Below are positions 18,482-27,905 of a stretch of 64,000 nt of DNA, piece after piece. Every line of letters begins with the position of its first letter. Positions within the stretch are counted from its first letter, which is position 1. Made by a program: the position numbers and the translations under genes. The DNA is taken from NCBI GenBank assembly GCA_002726395.1, contig PBTA01000030.1:29877-93876 (forward strand). Direction: 5' to 3'. Source of the stretch: Methanobacteriota archaeon. Lineage in GTDB: Archaea > Thermoplasmatota > Poseidoniia > Poseidoniales > Poseidoniaceae. The notes beneath the pieces are model-generated. The model saw only the letters and a list, made by a program, of their open reading frames with translations. It was not told the DNA's origin and did not search any database.

Positions 18482-19726
18482 TCAGAATTGTTTTTTCACC
18501 AACATTTCTAATCTCTTAGCAATGTCACTGGGTAAGAAATGCGGCATTGAAAGATGGGTAGTTCTTCCTCTTCCACCGGTAACTGTAGATATTCTGGTGA
18601 CGATTAATTGTCGCTTCTCGAGTTCTTTGAGATACTTCCATAATGTGGTGTGGCTCTTCATTTTTTCATCATATTCTTCACAAACTACGGCGTATAGGTT
18701 TTCTACATCTCCAGTAGTCATAGAACTCTCTTTTCTAAGTCTTCGACAAATTGCTAAAAGAACCAACATTGCGTGGGGTTGAAGATTTTCCAACGCATCA
18801 ATTTCGCTAACAATATCAACTGAAAGTTCTTTGTCTTTTGAGTGTACATCATCGGCACTAATTTCCCTTAGTGTGTGATCATCTTGTCTTATTTCACAAG
18901 CCTCTGCTGCGGCTTTTAGTAACTCGATTGCCAATCTAGCATCGCCTATTGGAGCAGATTTTTGTGCTATAAGTCTAATTATGTCATCTGAGCATGAGCC
19001 ATTTGCCAAAGATAAATCAGCTCTCTGTTTACTAATTTTATACAACTCATCTTCATTATATGACGGGATTTGAATCAAGTTGGTTTTCCCCATTCTTGAT
19101 AGGACTGCAGTCTCTAAAACATCGATAATTTGTTCCTGGCTAATTAGAATTAGTGACAGAGTACCTTTGCCTTCTTGGTCTTCATCAATTCGGAGTAGTT
19201 GATACAGAATATCGTCTCCCGATTTTCTCAACATGTGGTCAACTTCATCTAATATCACGATTAAATGAGCAGAATTTCGCCTGGTTAGCTTTCTTAAACT
19301 GAGTAGTAACTCTCCCATAGATAGCCCTCTATCTGGGTGTCCTGGGTCTATTGCGTGTAGTATTCGTTGAACAACCCTAGTGCTAGTTGATGCGTTACGG
19401 CAGTTAACATGAGCTATGCGAATCTCTCTTCTATTGGCTAAATGTCGTTTAAGGTCACGGCAGAAGGTTTTGACAAGAACAGTTTTACCACTCCCTACTG
19501 GACCTGATATGACTGCTCTGCAACTAGTCTCTGGCTTGTCTATAGAAGAAAATCTAGCAGCCAACTTATTTTGAAAATCTTCTCTTCCAACAATGTTTTC
19601 TGGTACATAATCAAAATCTAAAGGTCCTGGGTCTTTGATTACGTAACCGGCACCAATTCGGTCAAGATAGCCACTCATAACATCGGAAGGGTTACGCCAA
19701 CCGTTATTGAATATACGCTTTAACAA
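18482..19726 (-). CDS. cdc6: Orc1/Cdc6 replication initiator
   Basis: LDFDYVP..IVGRE, GPVGSGKT, HVNC, VILDEVD, GDAR.AI..L, C-terminal wHTH with GGRGRT wing. Probable start ATG 19678. Confidence 0.95.
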   Translation of the reverse strand: MLKRIFNNGWRNPSDVMSGYLDRIGAGYVIKDPGPLDFDYVPENIVGREDFQNKLAARFSSIDKPETSCRAVISGPVGSGKTVLVKTFCRDLKRHLANRREIRIAHVNCRNASTSTRVVQRILHAIDPGHPDRGLSMGELLLSLRKLTRRNSAHLIVILDEVDHMLRKSGDDILYQLLRIDEDQEGKGTLSLILISQEQIIDVLETAVLSRMGKTNLIQIPSYNEDELYKISKQRADLSLANGSCSDDIIRLIAQKSAPIGDARLAIELLKAAAEACEIRQDDHTLREISADDVHSKDKELSVDIVSEIDALENLQPHAMLVLLAICRRLRKESSMTTGDVENLYAVVCEEYDEKMKSHTTLWKYLKELEKRQLIVTRISTVTGGRGRTTHLSMPHFLPSDIAKRLEMLVKKQF

Positions 19727-19751
19727 CGACTAATTATTGATATTTTCTCAG

Positions 19752-20861
19752 TCAAGGTATCTCATCAAACATATATCCAGTTTCCCATTTCTTCTCGCCT
19801 AGAGCCACTTCTAATTCAAATGGGGTAATCAGAGGTTTTCGATATCTCACCGCATCATCAATCGCAATTCTAGGGCATGCAGTATTGACAAATGCGTCAA
19901 CGGGATAGAAATCAATTAGGTCAGGTCCAATATGTTCAAGTGCTAACAAATAGCCCTTTTTTCCATGCTTTTCCAATAATCTTTTCATTCTCAAAGCAAG
20001 TGTTCTTCTCATCTGACCCGGTTTTTCACCGATTAATATGCCAAAAGACTGACAATCTTGGCTAGACATTATCAAACCAAACCGTTGTCTAAGTATTCTT
20101 TCAATCCGTTCAAATGACATTTCTTTTGCATCACCTGAGTATGGGTCGAGCATTGCTAATGGTTTTCCAGTATGCAGAACTAGGCCGATTGGATGAAAAT
20201 CTCCGGACCCCAAAAATAGGTAATGTCCGATACTTGGATCATCTCCAGAATAATTACAGCCGAGTACTTGACCTGGGAAGGATAGTCTTGCTCCACCAAT
20301 TGGAATAGTAACATCATAGCCTGCGGCTTCAAGTCTATCGTGGAAGTCAGGCAGTAGGTGTAAGTGCTGTATTGAACCGACCAAGCCAAGTTTTGTATCA
20401 GTTAGCGGAGCCATTCTACCAACAGCGTCCATGAATTTTTCTTGTGCAGCTTCTTCTGAGAGCATTGTATTCTCATGCTGATTTGCCATTCTTTCTCTAG
20501 CCATGGCAAGATGTCTGTTTAGAGTCGGTATTACAGGTTTTAACTCTGGGTCACCATCATACGTAACATCGATGAATTCTGTTGGCATGCCTGAATCTAT
20601 GTTCATTTGGGAATGGCCCATGTGAGCAACTAGTTCAACTCCCATCATTTGCATTTTATCATGCACTAAATCACAAGCACCGTAACATGGGTCTGCAGCC
20701 AAGATCACTTTTGCACTGGTTTCAGTTTCTATTTCGTCCATCATTTCAAGAGCTTGCATTTTAAGCCCTTCAGGCACTTGCAAAGCGATTAGACGGTTAT
20801 CGTTTTCTTTAATTTTATCAACTAAATCATTCAGTTTAAAATCATGTCTAGATAGGTCCAA
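19752..20861 (-). CDS. dph2: Diphthamide biosynthesis radical SAM enzyme Dph2
   Basis: ALQVPEGLK, PCYGACD, GQVLGCN, VNTACPRIAIDD; all three Fe-S cysteines present. Confidence 0.95.
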   Translation of the reverse strand: MDLSRHDFKLNDLVDKIKENDNRLIALQVPEGLKMQALEMMDEIETETSAKVILAADPCYGACDLVHDKMQMMGVELVAHMGHSQMNIDSGMPTEFIDVTYDGDPELKPVIPTLNRHLAMARERMANQHENTMLSEEAAQEKFMDAVGRMAPLTDTKLGLVGSIQHLHLLPDFHDRLEAAGYDVTIPIGGARLSFPGQVLGCNYSGDDPSIGHYLFLGSGDFHPIGLVLHTGKPLAMLDPYSGDAKEMSFERIERILRQRFGLIMSSQDCQSFGILIGEKPGQMRRTLALRMKRLLEKHGKKGYLLALEHIGPDLIDFYPVDAFVNTACPRIAIDDAVRYRKPLITPFELEVALGEKKWETGYMFDEIP

Positions 20862-20873
20862 TTAATCACTTCC

Positions 20874-21464
20874 TTATTCAATTATGACAACTTTTTCGCC
20901 ATCCATTTCTAGTTTTACCAAAGAATCAAACCTTATTTCTGGATAATCCTTCTGAAGAGTTGCCATACCAGGACCTTTTTCAACAACCACTACGATGTTT
21001 TGAATCACTGCACCTGTTTTCTTTACGCCTTCGATGACCGATCTGATTGTTCCACCAGTTGATAATACGTCATCTATAATCACTAAATTTTCACCTTGCT
21101 TGATATCGTTAAGGAATATACTTCCTTTTGAATAACCGGTTTCTTGATTAATTTCGATCTCACCTGTAAGTCCATATTGACGTTTTCGTGCAATCACCAT
21201 AGGAATTCCAGTTCGCATTGAGAGTGGCGCCATCAAAGGAAGTCCCATAGCTTCAATTCCCAGAATCAGATCAACACTTTGCCAGTCGATTAACGGAACT
21301 GAGAGTTCAATTACCGCCTTGAGAACGTCCGGTTCTAATCTTGGAACGCCATCTGTAATAGGATGGATAAAATAAGGATAATCGCCTTTCCAAATGATCG
21401 GGGCATTGATTAAACTCTGCTTCAAAATGTCAATTTCGTTCATGATGGTCACCTTTGCCATCAA
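20874..21464 (-). CDS. hpt: Archaeal purine phosphoribosyltransferase (Hpt/Apt-like)
   Basis: Y.YFIHPITDGVP, EAMGLP, RKRQYGL.GE, VIIDDVLSTGGT PRPP-binding motif. Confidence 0.88.
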   Translation of the reverse strand: MMAKVTIMNEIDILKQSLINAPIIWKGDYPYFIHPITDGVPRLEPDVLKAVIELSVPLIDWQSVDLILGIEAMGLPLMAPLSMRTGIPMVIARKRQYGLTGEIEINQETGYSKGSIFLNDIKQGENLVIIDDVLSTGGTIRSVIEGVKKTGAVIQNIVVVVEKGPGMATLQKDYPEIRFDSLVKLEMDGEKVVIIE

Positions 21465-21862
21465 AGTTCTGCGAGATACTCAACATATTCATCAGGGTCT
21501 AGTAGTAATTCTAAATCTAAATTATGAGGCTCTAGTATGATAATCCAGCCAAGGTCATAGGCAGAGTCATTAGCCAAATCTGGATTGATTTCGACTTCTC
21601 CATTAACTTCGGCTATTAGTCCAGAGAATGGGGCAGGGAATGGCTTCTTTTCTTCAGCAGTCCATATTGAAAACATCCCATCGCCTTCATCGACCTCAGT
21701 CTCGGCTTGGGGCAAAATTATTCTCAGTACTTCTCCAATCTCTAATTTTAGGAATTCACTCACACCAATCATCAAACGGTCATCTTTCTCTTGATACCAT
21801 AAGTGTTCAGTCGAGTATTTCCTATTATGTGCTACATTAAATTCAACGGTTTCTTCATCCAA
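21461..21862 (-). CDS. Glycine cleavage H-protein-like protein lacking the lipoyl-lysine
   Basis: YSTEHLW, IGVSEF...IGEV, APFSG.I.EVN, NPDLAN..AY..GWI. Start moved to TTG 21862 after an AGGAGG RBS. Confidence 0.85.
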   Translation of the reverse strand: MDEETVEFNVAHNRKYSTEHLWYQEKDDRLMIGVSEFLKLEIGEVLRIILPQAETEVDEGDGMFSIWTAEEKKPFPAPFSGLIAEVNGEVEINPDLANDSAYDLGWIIILEPHNLDLELLLDPDEYVEYLAEL

Positions 21863-21935
21863 AATGATTCCTCCTAAACGCGGCTCATGGGCATCATATA
21901 TGAACAATTTGGGAAAAACGCCAATTTGTCAAAGC

Positions 21936-21947
21936 AAACGGGTTAAG
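21936..21947 (+). promoter_or_regulatory. Putative BRE/TATA-like promoter of the acyl-CoA dehydrogenase gene
   Basis: AAACGGGTTAAG about 35 nt upstream of ATG 21981. Confidence 0.35.
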
Positions 21948-21959
21948 TGAGTTGGCCTT

Positions 21960-23150
21960 TTGGAGGCATTGGGGAGAGTCATGGATTACGCAGAAAGCGA
22001 TGAACAACAAATGATTAGAGAACTAGTTAGAGATTTTGCGGAAACGGTTTTGGCGCCTACGGTCGAACACAGAGATAGCACTCAACAACCACCATCAGAA
22101 GAGTGGCAACAATTTCTAGAATATGGTCTACAAGGTGTAACCATTCCCGAAGATTACGGCGGTTCTCCAGTCGACGATATCTCGGAATCTATAATCGTGG
22201 AAGAATTATCAAGAGTTGATCCATCCTTTGGCGTTATGTTTTGTGTCCATGTCGGCCTATGCGCAAAAACCATCTCGCTACATGGTAACGAAGAACAGAA
22301 ATCAAAGTATTTACCAAGGCTTGCAGCTGGAGAAGTAGGCGCTTATTCACTATCTGAAGCGGGCGCAGGTACCGATGCAGCGGCAATGATTTGTAAGGCA
22401 AAACTATCTGAAGATGGCTCACACTTTATTTTGAACGGCGAAAAGATGTGGGTTACTAACGGTGCTCAAGCCAAAATCCTAGTTCTGTTTGCTAAGGATG
22501 TCAATCATCCTGATTATGGCATAAAGAGGCACGGTGGAACAACCGCATTTATCGTAGAATCAACCTTTGAAGGATTTACCGTTGGTAAGAAAGAGGATAA
22601 GTTAGGTATTAGGTCATCTGACACATGCACTTTGGTACTTAATGATTGTAAGGTGCCTGTTGAAAATGTCTTGAAGGGTATCGGCAATGGATTCCCAATT
22701 GCGATGAATGCCTTGGATAACAGTAGAATCGGTATTGCAGCCCAAGCACTAGGAATTGCTCAAGGGGCTTACGAATCCGCACTTAATTACGCTCATGAAA
22801 GAGAAGCATTTGGTAAACCAATAGCTCACCACCAAATGATAATGTCTTATTTGGCGGACATGGCAACTAGGATAGAAGCTGCCAGACAACTAGTTTATCG
22901 AGCATCCTGGGCTAAACAGGAACACTATGAACACGGTGGCAAACGACATACTCAAGAGGCTAGTATGGCTAAATTGTATGCTGGTGATACCGCAATGTGG
23001 GTATCAGAAAGAGCCATACAAGTGCTTGGAGGTTATGGCTATACCAAGGAATTCCCAGTTGAAAGGTTCTTCCGTGATGCGAAAATAACTCAAATTTACG
23101 AGGGTACCCAAGAAGTACAAAGGATTGTAATTGCTCGTTCGCTAAAATAA
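21960..23150 (+). CDS. Acyl-CoA dehydrogenase
   Basis: YSLSEAGAGTD, LNGEKMWVTNG, KLGIRSSDT, RIGIAAQALG, QVLGGYGY, IYEGTQEVQR. Probable start ATG 21981. Confidence 0.95.
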   Translation: MEALGRVMDYAESDEQQMIRELVRDFAETVLAPTVEHRDSTQQPPSEEWQQFLEYGLQGVTIPEDYGGSPVDDISESIIVEELSRVDPSFGVMFCVHVGLCAKTISLHGNEEQKSKYLPRLAAGEVGAYSLSEAGAGTDAAAMICKAKLSEDGSHFILNGEKMWVTNGAQAKILVLFAKDVNHPDYGIKRHGGTTAFIVESTFEGFTVGKKEDKLGIRSSDTCTLVLNDCKVPVENVLKGIGNGFPIAMNALDNSRIGIAAQALGIAQGAYESALNYAHEREAFGKPIAHHQMIMSYLADMATRIEAARQLVYRASWAKQEHYEHGGKRHTQEASMAKLYAGDTAMWVSERAIQVLGGYGYTKEFPVERFFRDAKITQIYEGTQEVQRIVIARSLK

Positions 23151-23152
23151 AC

Positions 23153-24232
23153 TTACTTTATTTGCAAGCCGGTGCCTTTCAGTTTCGCCTGTCTAAGGCC
23201 ACTTGACCAGTCATGTAATTTTCCAGTAAAGTGGGCTGTTTTACCGGCTGAATTTTCTATTATCTCGTTGTACTCAGGTTCAAACAATACGGCTACGGTA
23301 TAAGGTCCATTATCCAAAATTCCAACAATTGTCATCCCTCCACGATAATTATCCATTACCATAAGATTTCTCTCAACTCTCTGGATGCTCAGGGTGCAGT
23401 TACCAGGTTCTGATGTGTCGATCACCGATTTTGCTTCGCTATGAAGTCTAGTTGAGTACAAACTCTCAATTAATTTCTCTATAGAGGTTGTTACAGAGGC
23501 AATTTGTTCCTGTTGTTCAACTTCTGGTTGTTCTAGTGTAGCTTCATCTATAACATTAGTTTCTGGCAAAATAATCTCATCCTCTGCCTCAGCAGGTGCA
23601 ACTTCAATCTCATCAAGCATTTCTTCAAACTCTTCTTCGTCTATTGATTGTTTAATTTCTTCTTCCTCGATAATAGGGTCTACTATGACTGGCGTTGCAA
23701 AACCAATAGATTCCAGATAAGTCCATAACTCCGAGACTTCAATAACCCCATTACCGTCTGAGTCTAATATCGATATGACAGTATCAGATACCCATTCTGG
23801 TGGTTGACTCCCGGATAAATTCTCGATGAAATTATTTAACTCGTTGCGGCTCAGCATTCCATCACTATTGGTGTCAATTTTCGAGGTGATCTCTGCAGTT
23901 GACAGCCCAGAGTTTTGTAACCATTGACCAAATTGCTGCTTAATCATTTGAGCCATTCTGGGGTCTACATTAGCAACCATTTGTGACACTTTTTCTTGCC
24001 CAGCCGTTTTCGCTTTATCAGCCAATTTAGAGCGCCAGGCGGTGATTTCAGGCTGCTGTGAAAGGATTTGAATTACCGTTTCTCTTGGAACATGCGAAGG
24101 TGGTGCATCGCCAACAAACTCAATAGCTAATTGTGATAACTCAGAATCACTTAGTGAGGTTAAATCACCTCTTTCCGCAATTTTATTTTCAATTTGCTTA
24201 GCAACCATTTCTGAGATTCGTCCACTGAACAT
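23153..24232 (-). CDS. EF-hand pair protein with acidic linker and possible C-terminal OB-like domain
   Basis: Canonical loops DTNSDGMLSRNE and DSDGNGVIEVSE; Glu-rich linker; beta-rich C-terminus. Confidence 0.75.
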   Translation of the reverse strand: MFSGRISEMVAKQIENKIAERGDLTSLSDSELSQLAIEFVGDAPPSHVPRETVIQILSQQPEITAWRSKLADKAKTAGQEKVSQMVANVDPRMAQMIKQQFGQWLQNSGLSTAEITSKIDTNSDGMLSRNELNNFIENLSGSQPPEWVSDTVISILDSDGNGVIEVSELWTYLESIGFATPVIVDPIIEEEEIKQSIDEEEFEEMLDEIEVAPAEAEDEIILPETNVIDEATLEQPEVEQQEQIASVTTSIEKLIESLYSTRLHSEAKSVIDTSEPGNCTLSIQRVERNLMVMDNYRGGMTIVGILDNGPYTVAVLFEPEYNEIIENSAGKTAHFTGKLHDWSSGLRQAKLKGTGLQIK

Positions 24233-24271
24233 GATATCCCGTGCTAATTCATCTTATTCAATTTGGTGCCT

Positions 24272-25621
24272 TCATATCAGTGATAGTCTTGGCCATGAAT
24301 GGAAATTTTCATCCAACCATTGAATCTTACAAAGTAATTCACTAACCTCGTGTATTGTTGATAAGTCATGTTCAATTTGCAATCGATACATCCACTCCTT
24401 TAGGCGACCTAAACGTTCCCCTTTCGGTAAATTTGTCGCAGCCATTAACCAGTGTCCGTCGATTATTTGGCGCTCTTTTTTCAATGGCTTCAATTTTTGA
24501 ATTTCATCAATAATGGCAATAACTTGCAAATAATCTACTCCATCGGTATTTGTCAACAAATTTTTGCTAATAATTAATTCATATTGCAATTGTTGCATGT
24601 AGCGTTCAGATAATAGGTGTCGAAATAATCTTAATTCAGGCTTTTCTATACTTGGTAATCTGCCTTGATAATCTAACATTTTTCTAATTATTCTTAGGTC
24701 CTTGTTTGGTAATTTTAGTGATTGACATATTTGGATAACTTCTTTATTTGGCATGCTATTAAGAATCACAACTAGAAGCGAGCGATAATCTAGGAGTCTA
24801 CTATCATTAAGAGCATTTTTCAGATGTGACTTATTTGCAATTTGGCAATCAAAAATATGGTCAAGGATGTCATTTTCTAGCATTTGTTCAACTATCTCAC
24901 ATGCCACATTTGAGTTTAGTATTTTCTTGAGTTCCTGCCATATCCTCTCCCTAGCTAAATCTTTCATTAAGAAAGAGTTATTCTTTATTGCAGTTTTAAG
25001 TTGATTCTCTAGTTGCCATACTTTATTTCCTCGGTGGCCTAGAAATCGGTATGCTCTGAGCATTCTTAAGGCATCCTCTGAAATCCTTTGCATCGGAATT
25101 CCAACACATCGAATAATTTTGTTATCTAAGTCAATCAAGCCTTTGTGTGGGTCGTAGAGAATTCGCCTTGCCACATCAATTGCCATTGCGTTGATAGTAA
25201 AGTCGCGCCGTTCTAAGTCACTTTTCAACGAGGTTTCCCAATTAACCGAATTTGGTCTTCTATTATCTGAGTAATTTTCTTCTGACCTTAATGTTGTAGT
25301 TTGAAAATGATATTCTCCTGATCTGATTGTTATTGTGCCAAATGCAATGCCAGTCTCTATTGCGTTAGGAAAAATAGTTAGTAATCTAGCAGGTTCAAGG
25401 TCGGTCGCAATATCGATATCATTCGGATATATTCCCAATGCAGCGTCTCTAACAGCACCCCCCACTAACCAGACTCCACCATTAGCCAAAGAAATTTTAT
25501 TGAGGACAGAGGTAAGTTCATTCGGTAGTTTATCAACAAAATCACTGATACTATCGGTTAATGGCATCCCCGTTAAATCAGATTCTTTGCCGAACTCATA
25601 ATTTTGCAAACTTATCTCCAT
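24272..25621 (-). CDS. cca: Class II (bacterial-type) tRNA nucleotidyltransferase / CCA-adding enzyme
   Basis: LVGGAVRD...DIDIAT, DLERRDFTINAMA, EDALRMLRAYRF, ERIWQEL.K. Confidence 0.88.
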   Translation of the reverse strand: MEISLQNYEFGKESDLTGMPLTDSISDFVDKLPNELTSVLNKISLANGGVWLVGGAVRDAALGIYPNDIDIATDLEPARLLTIFPNAIETGIAFGTITIRSGEYHFQTTTLRSEENYSDNRRPNSVNWETSLKSDLERRDFTINAMAIDVARRILYDPHKGLIDLDNKIIRCVGIPMQRISEDALRMLRAYRFLGHRGNKVWQLENQLKTAIKNNSFLMKDLARERIWQELKKILNSNVACEIVEQMLENDILDHIFDCQIANKSHLKNALNDSRLLDYRSLLVVILNSMPNKEVIQICQSLKLPNKDLRIIRKMLDYQGRLPSIEKPELRLFRHLLSERYMQQLQYELIISKNLLTNTDGVDYLQVIAIIDEIQKLKPLKKERQIIDGHWLMAATNLPKGERLGRLKEWMYRLQIEHDLSTIHEVSELLCKIQWLDENFHSWPRLSLI

Positions 25622-25672
25622 TCCCTTTGGTTCCTGCCAAAGTATTATCCTTGAAATACTGTTCGAAGTTCT

Positions 25673-26080
25673 ATGTGGACTGAAGAGGACGTACGGTTAG
25701 TGCCTGTGAAGTGGCTTAAACCACATGAAGAAATTAAGATTAAGCCAAGAGATAAACTCCTTGATATGACAAATAGGTGGGGTGGCTTTACCAAACCAAT
25801 ATTGGTAGACACTAACACCGGTGCTTTACTTGATGGACATCACCGGTTATCGGTCGCAAAAGAACTTGGATTGAAATTAATACCAGCAATTTGCCTTGAT
25901 TATCTCAATTCAGAGTTAATTAGCTTAGAATTGTGGCCTAATGCCAATATTGAATCAGTCGATAAGGCAGATGTCATAGAGATGTGTTTGGGTAATGAAC
26001 TATATCCTCCAAAAACCACTAAACATGTGGTAATCTACGACCTTCCGCCAATTTTGGTTGCCTTAGAGGAACTAGCCTAG
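25673..26080 (+). CDS. ParB/Srx-fold protein, minimal SerK/SbnI-like
   Basis: LKPHEE, KPILVD, LLDGHHRL, LDY, W, PPKTTKH. Confidence 0.75.
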   Translation: MWTEEDVRLVPVKWLKPHEEIKIKPRDKLLDMTNRWGGFTKPILVDTNTGALLDGHHRLSVAKELGLKLIPAICLDYLNSELISLELWPNANIESVDKADVIEMCLGNELYPPKTTKHVVIYDLPPILVALEELA

Positions 26081-27897
26081 ATTCTTGAAGAAATGTAATC
26101 TCGCCACTTTTTATTGCCTTTCCCAGAAACCTTACTTTTTAGGTCTGGTTCTACTCTTAGGCTAATTATATCGGTTTTAACAATCCCTTCATGAGTATAG
26201 CACAACTCTACATGTTCAGGTTCTAAATTCGATAATATACTCTTCATTGATTTGATGGTTTTCAGTCTAATTTTGTTGATAGAAATCAGTTCATCACCAG
26301 GCATGATTAGATTTCTCAATGGCGATTCATTTTGATGAGATGTTACCATCATTCGGTTATTCTTAACTGCTAGATTTAACCCTAGCCAAGCAGATGACAA
26401 CTTGTCATTTGTTGATTTCTTTGAGGATAATTCCAGTCCATAGAAAGCAAACGCATGGGCTAAATCAGGGACCTGTTTATCAAAAATCAGTTTATCCAAC
26501 TGCATCCCCAGATTTCTACCGCCTTCCATAGAAACCAATTCTTTACGAATATCTTGATAATCGATGCCTATCCGTTCAACATTTGGATAACCGATGGCAT
26601 ATTTTTCACATAGTCTTACCATGAGGTCGCAAATTCCGTATTTGCCTTTTGATCGCTTCCTTAACTCCGCATCAATACAAAATATTGCTAATTCTCCTTC
26701 AAGGTAGTATGAAATTTGTATTTCTCTAGAGAAGCTATGGCTTCTATAGAGGTGTATCCAAGCATCGTGGCTGGATTCTGCCAGAGATTCATGAGCCATA
26801 CCGTTTCTTACTGTGTGGCGGCCAAGTTTTCTCTCCATGTCTTTTCGCCAATCCTCTTCTGACCATGCCCCAGATCTAACGCATAACATGTCTCCAAGCC
26901 AAGAAGTACATCCCTCAAACCACCATAATAAAGTAGTGTGAACTTCTTGTTGTAAATCATAGTCGACAAAATTCTTAGGTCTTAATCTCTTAACGTTCCA
27001 TTGATGTAAGTATTCATGGCTAAATAGGCTAACTAAGTCCCTATATTCATCTTCATGGCCTGATATTAAACAATTTCTTGGTAGCATTGAGGTTTGTGAG
27101 TTGAGATGTTCTAAGCCACCTCTGGAAGATTCTGTCAGTTGCAATATTACTACATAATCACCCCAATCAGGTGTTTGGAAAAGAGCATGATACTCTTTGA
27201 CAATTTTAATCATATCATCAACAAACTTGGTGACCATTTCTTCATCAGGTTGGTACCCCCCGCTATCCCATAATTTCAAAATGTGAGTTCGTCCATCTAC
27301 TGAGAAAGAAATATTATCCCTTGCATTTGTTTCGATAATACCATCTAATAATTCGTCTCGATTTCCGGCTTGTAATCTATATGTATCGCCTTTTAATGAG
27401 TTTATGCTAAGACAATTTTCTTGGCTACTTAATATCGTTAATTGAGTTGCTGGTGTCCATCCACTCGGTGCATGTAATGAGATATTGTGCGGCAAATTCA
27501 TTCTTGCATCATCAATTCCAGATGTCGGTAGTAAGAAGGTAAATGGTGGCATCATGTGCAAGTGGCTATTATCGATATGTGTCGACCTAACAGATAATTC
27601 AATTCCGAGGATTTTGTAATTTACCACGATATTTTGCTTGTTGTTTACATGTTTTATTGAAACAGCATCAACATCTTTTCTGACAAATTTCAAAATTGTT
27701 TCACCTTGTATACAGTTTATGTCGGTCAGGTATTGCATAGGTTCTCTAATAAAGTATGATCCAGGCACCCATCTGGGAAACTTTAGTTCTAGTTTACTTT
27801 TAGTAAAAGGCGGCTCAATCTCTATTTGTACATTTAGAAATCGTGTTTCGCCTTTCGTCGCATCCAGTCGGAAGGTTAGACCAGAACTGTCAGTCAT
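26077..27897 (-). CDS. M61 glycyl aminopeptidase with C-terminal PDZ domain
   Basis: PRWVPGSY, GGLEHLNS, SHEYLHQWNVKRLRP, LLWWFEG.TS, ISYY.EG, PGDELISIN. Confidence 0.93.
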   Translation of the reverse strand: MTDSSGLTFRLDATKGETRFLNVQIEIEPPFTKSKLELKFPRWVPGSYFIREPMQYLTDINCIQGETILKFVRKDVDAVSIKHVNNKQNIVVNYKILGIELSVRSTHIDNSHLHMMPPFTFLLPTSGIDDARMNLPHNISLHAPSGWTPATQLTILSSQENCLSINSLKGDTYRLQAGNRDELLDGIIETNARDNISFSVDGRTHILKLWDSGGYQPDEEMVTKFVDDMIKIVKEYHALFQTPDWGDYVVILQLTESSRGGLEHLNSQTSMLPRNCLISGHEDEYRDLVSLFSHEYLHQWNVKRLRPKNFVDYDLQQEVHTTLLWWFEGCTSWLGDMLCVRSGAWSEEDWRKDMERKLGRHTVRNGMAHESLAESSHDAWIHLYRSHSFSREIQISYYLEGELAIFCIDAELRKRSKGKYGICDLMVRLCEKYAIGYPNVERIGIDYQDIRKELVSMEGGRNLGMQLDKLIFDKQVPDLAHAFAFYGLELSSKKSTNDKLSSAWLGLNLAVKNNRMMVTSHQNESPLRNLIMPGDELISINKIRLKTIKSMKSILSNLEPEHVELCYTHEGIVKTDIISLRVEPDLKSKVSGKGNKKWRDYISSRI

Positions 27898-27905
27898 ATT
27901 TCCTG

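Noticed and set aside
25673..26080. ParABS partition system
   Set aside because: No HTH or dimerisation domain and no parA nearby; motifs fit the SerK/SbnI branch better
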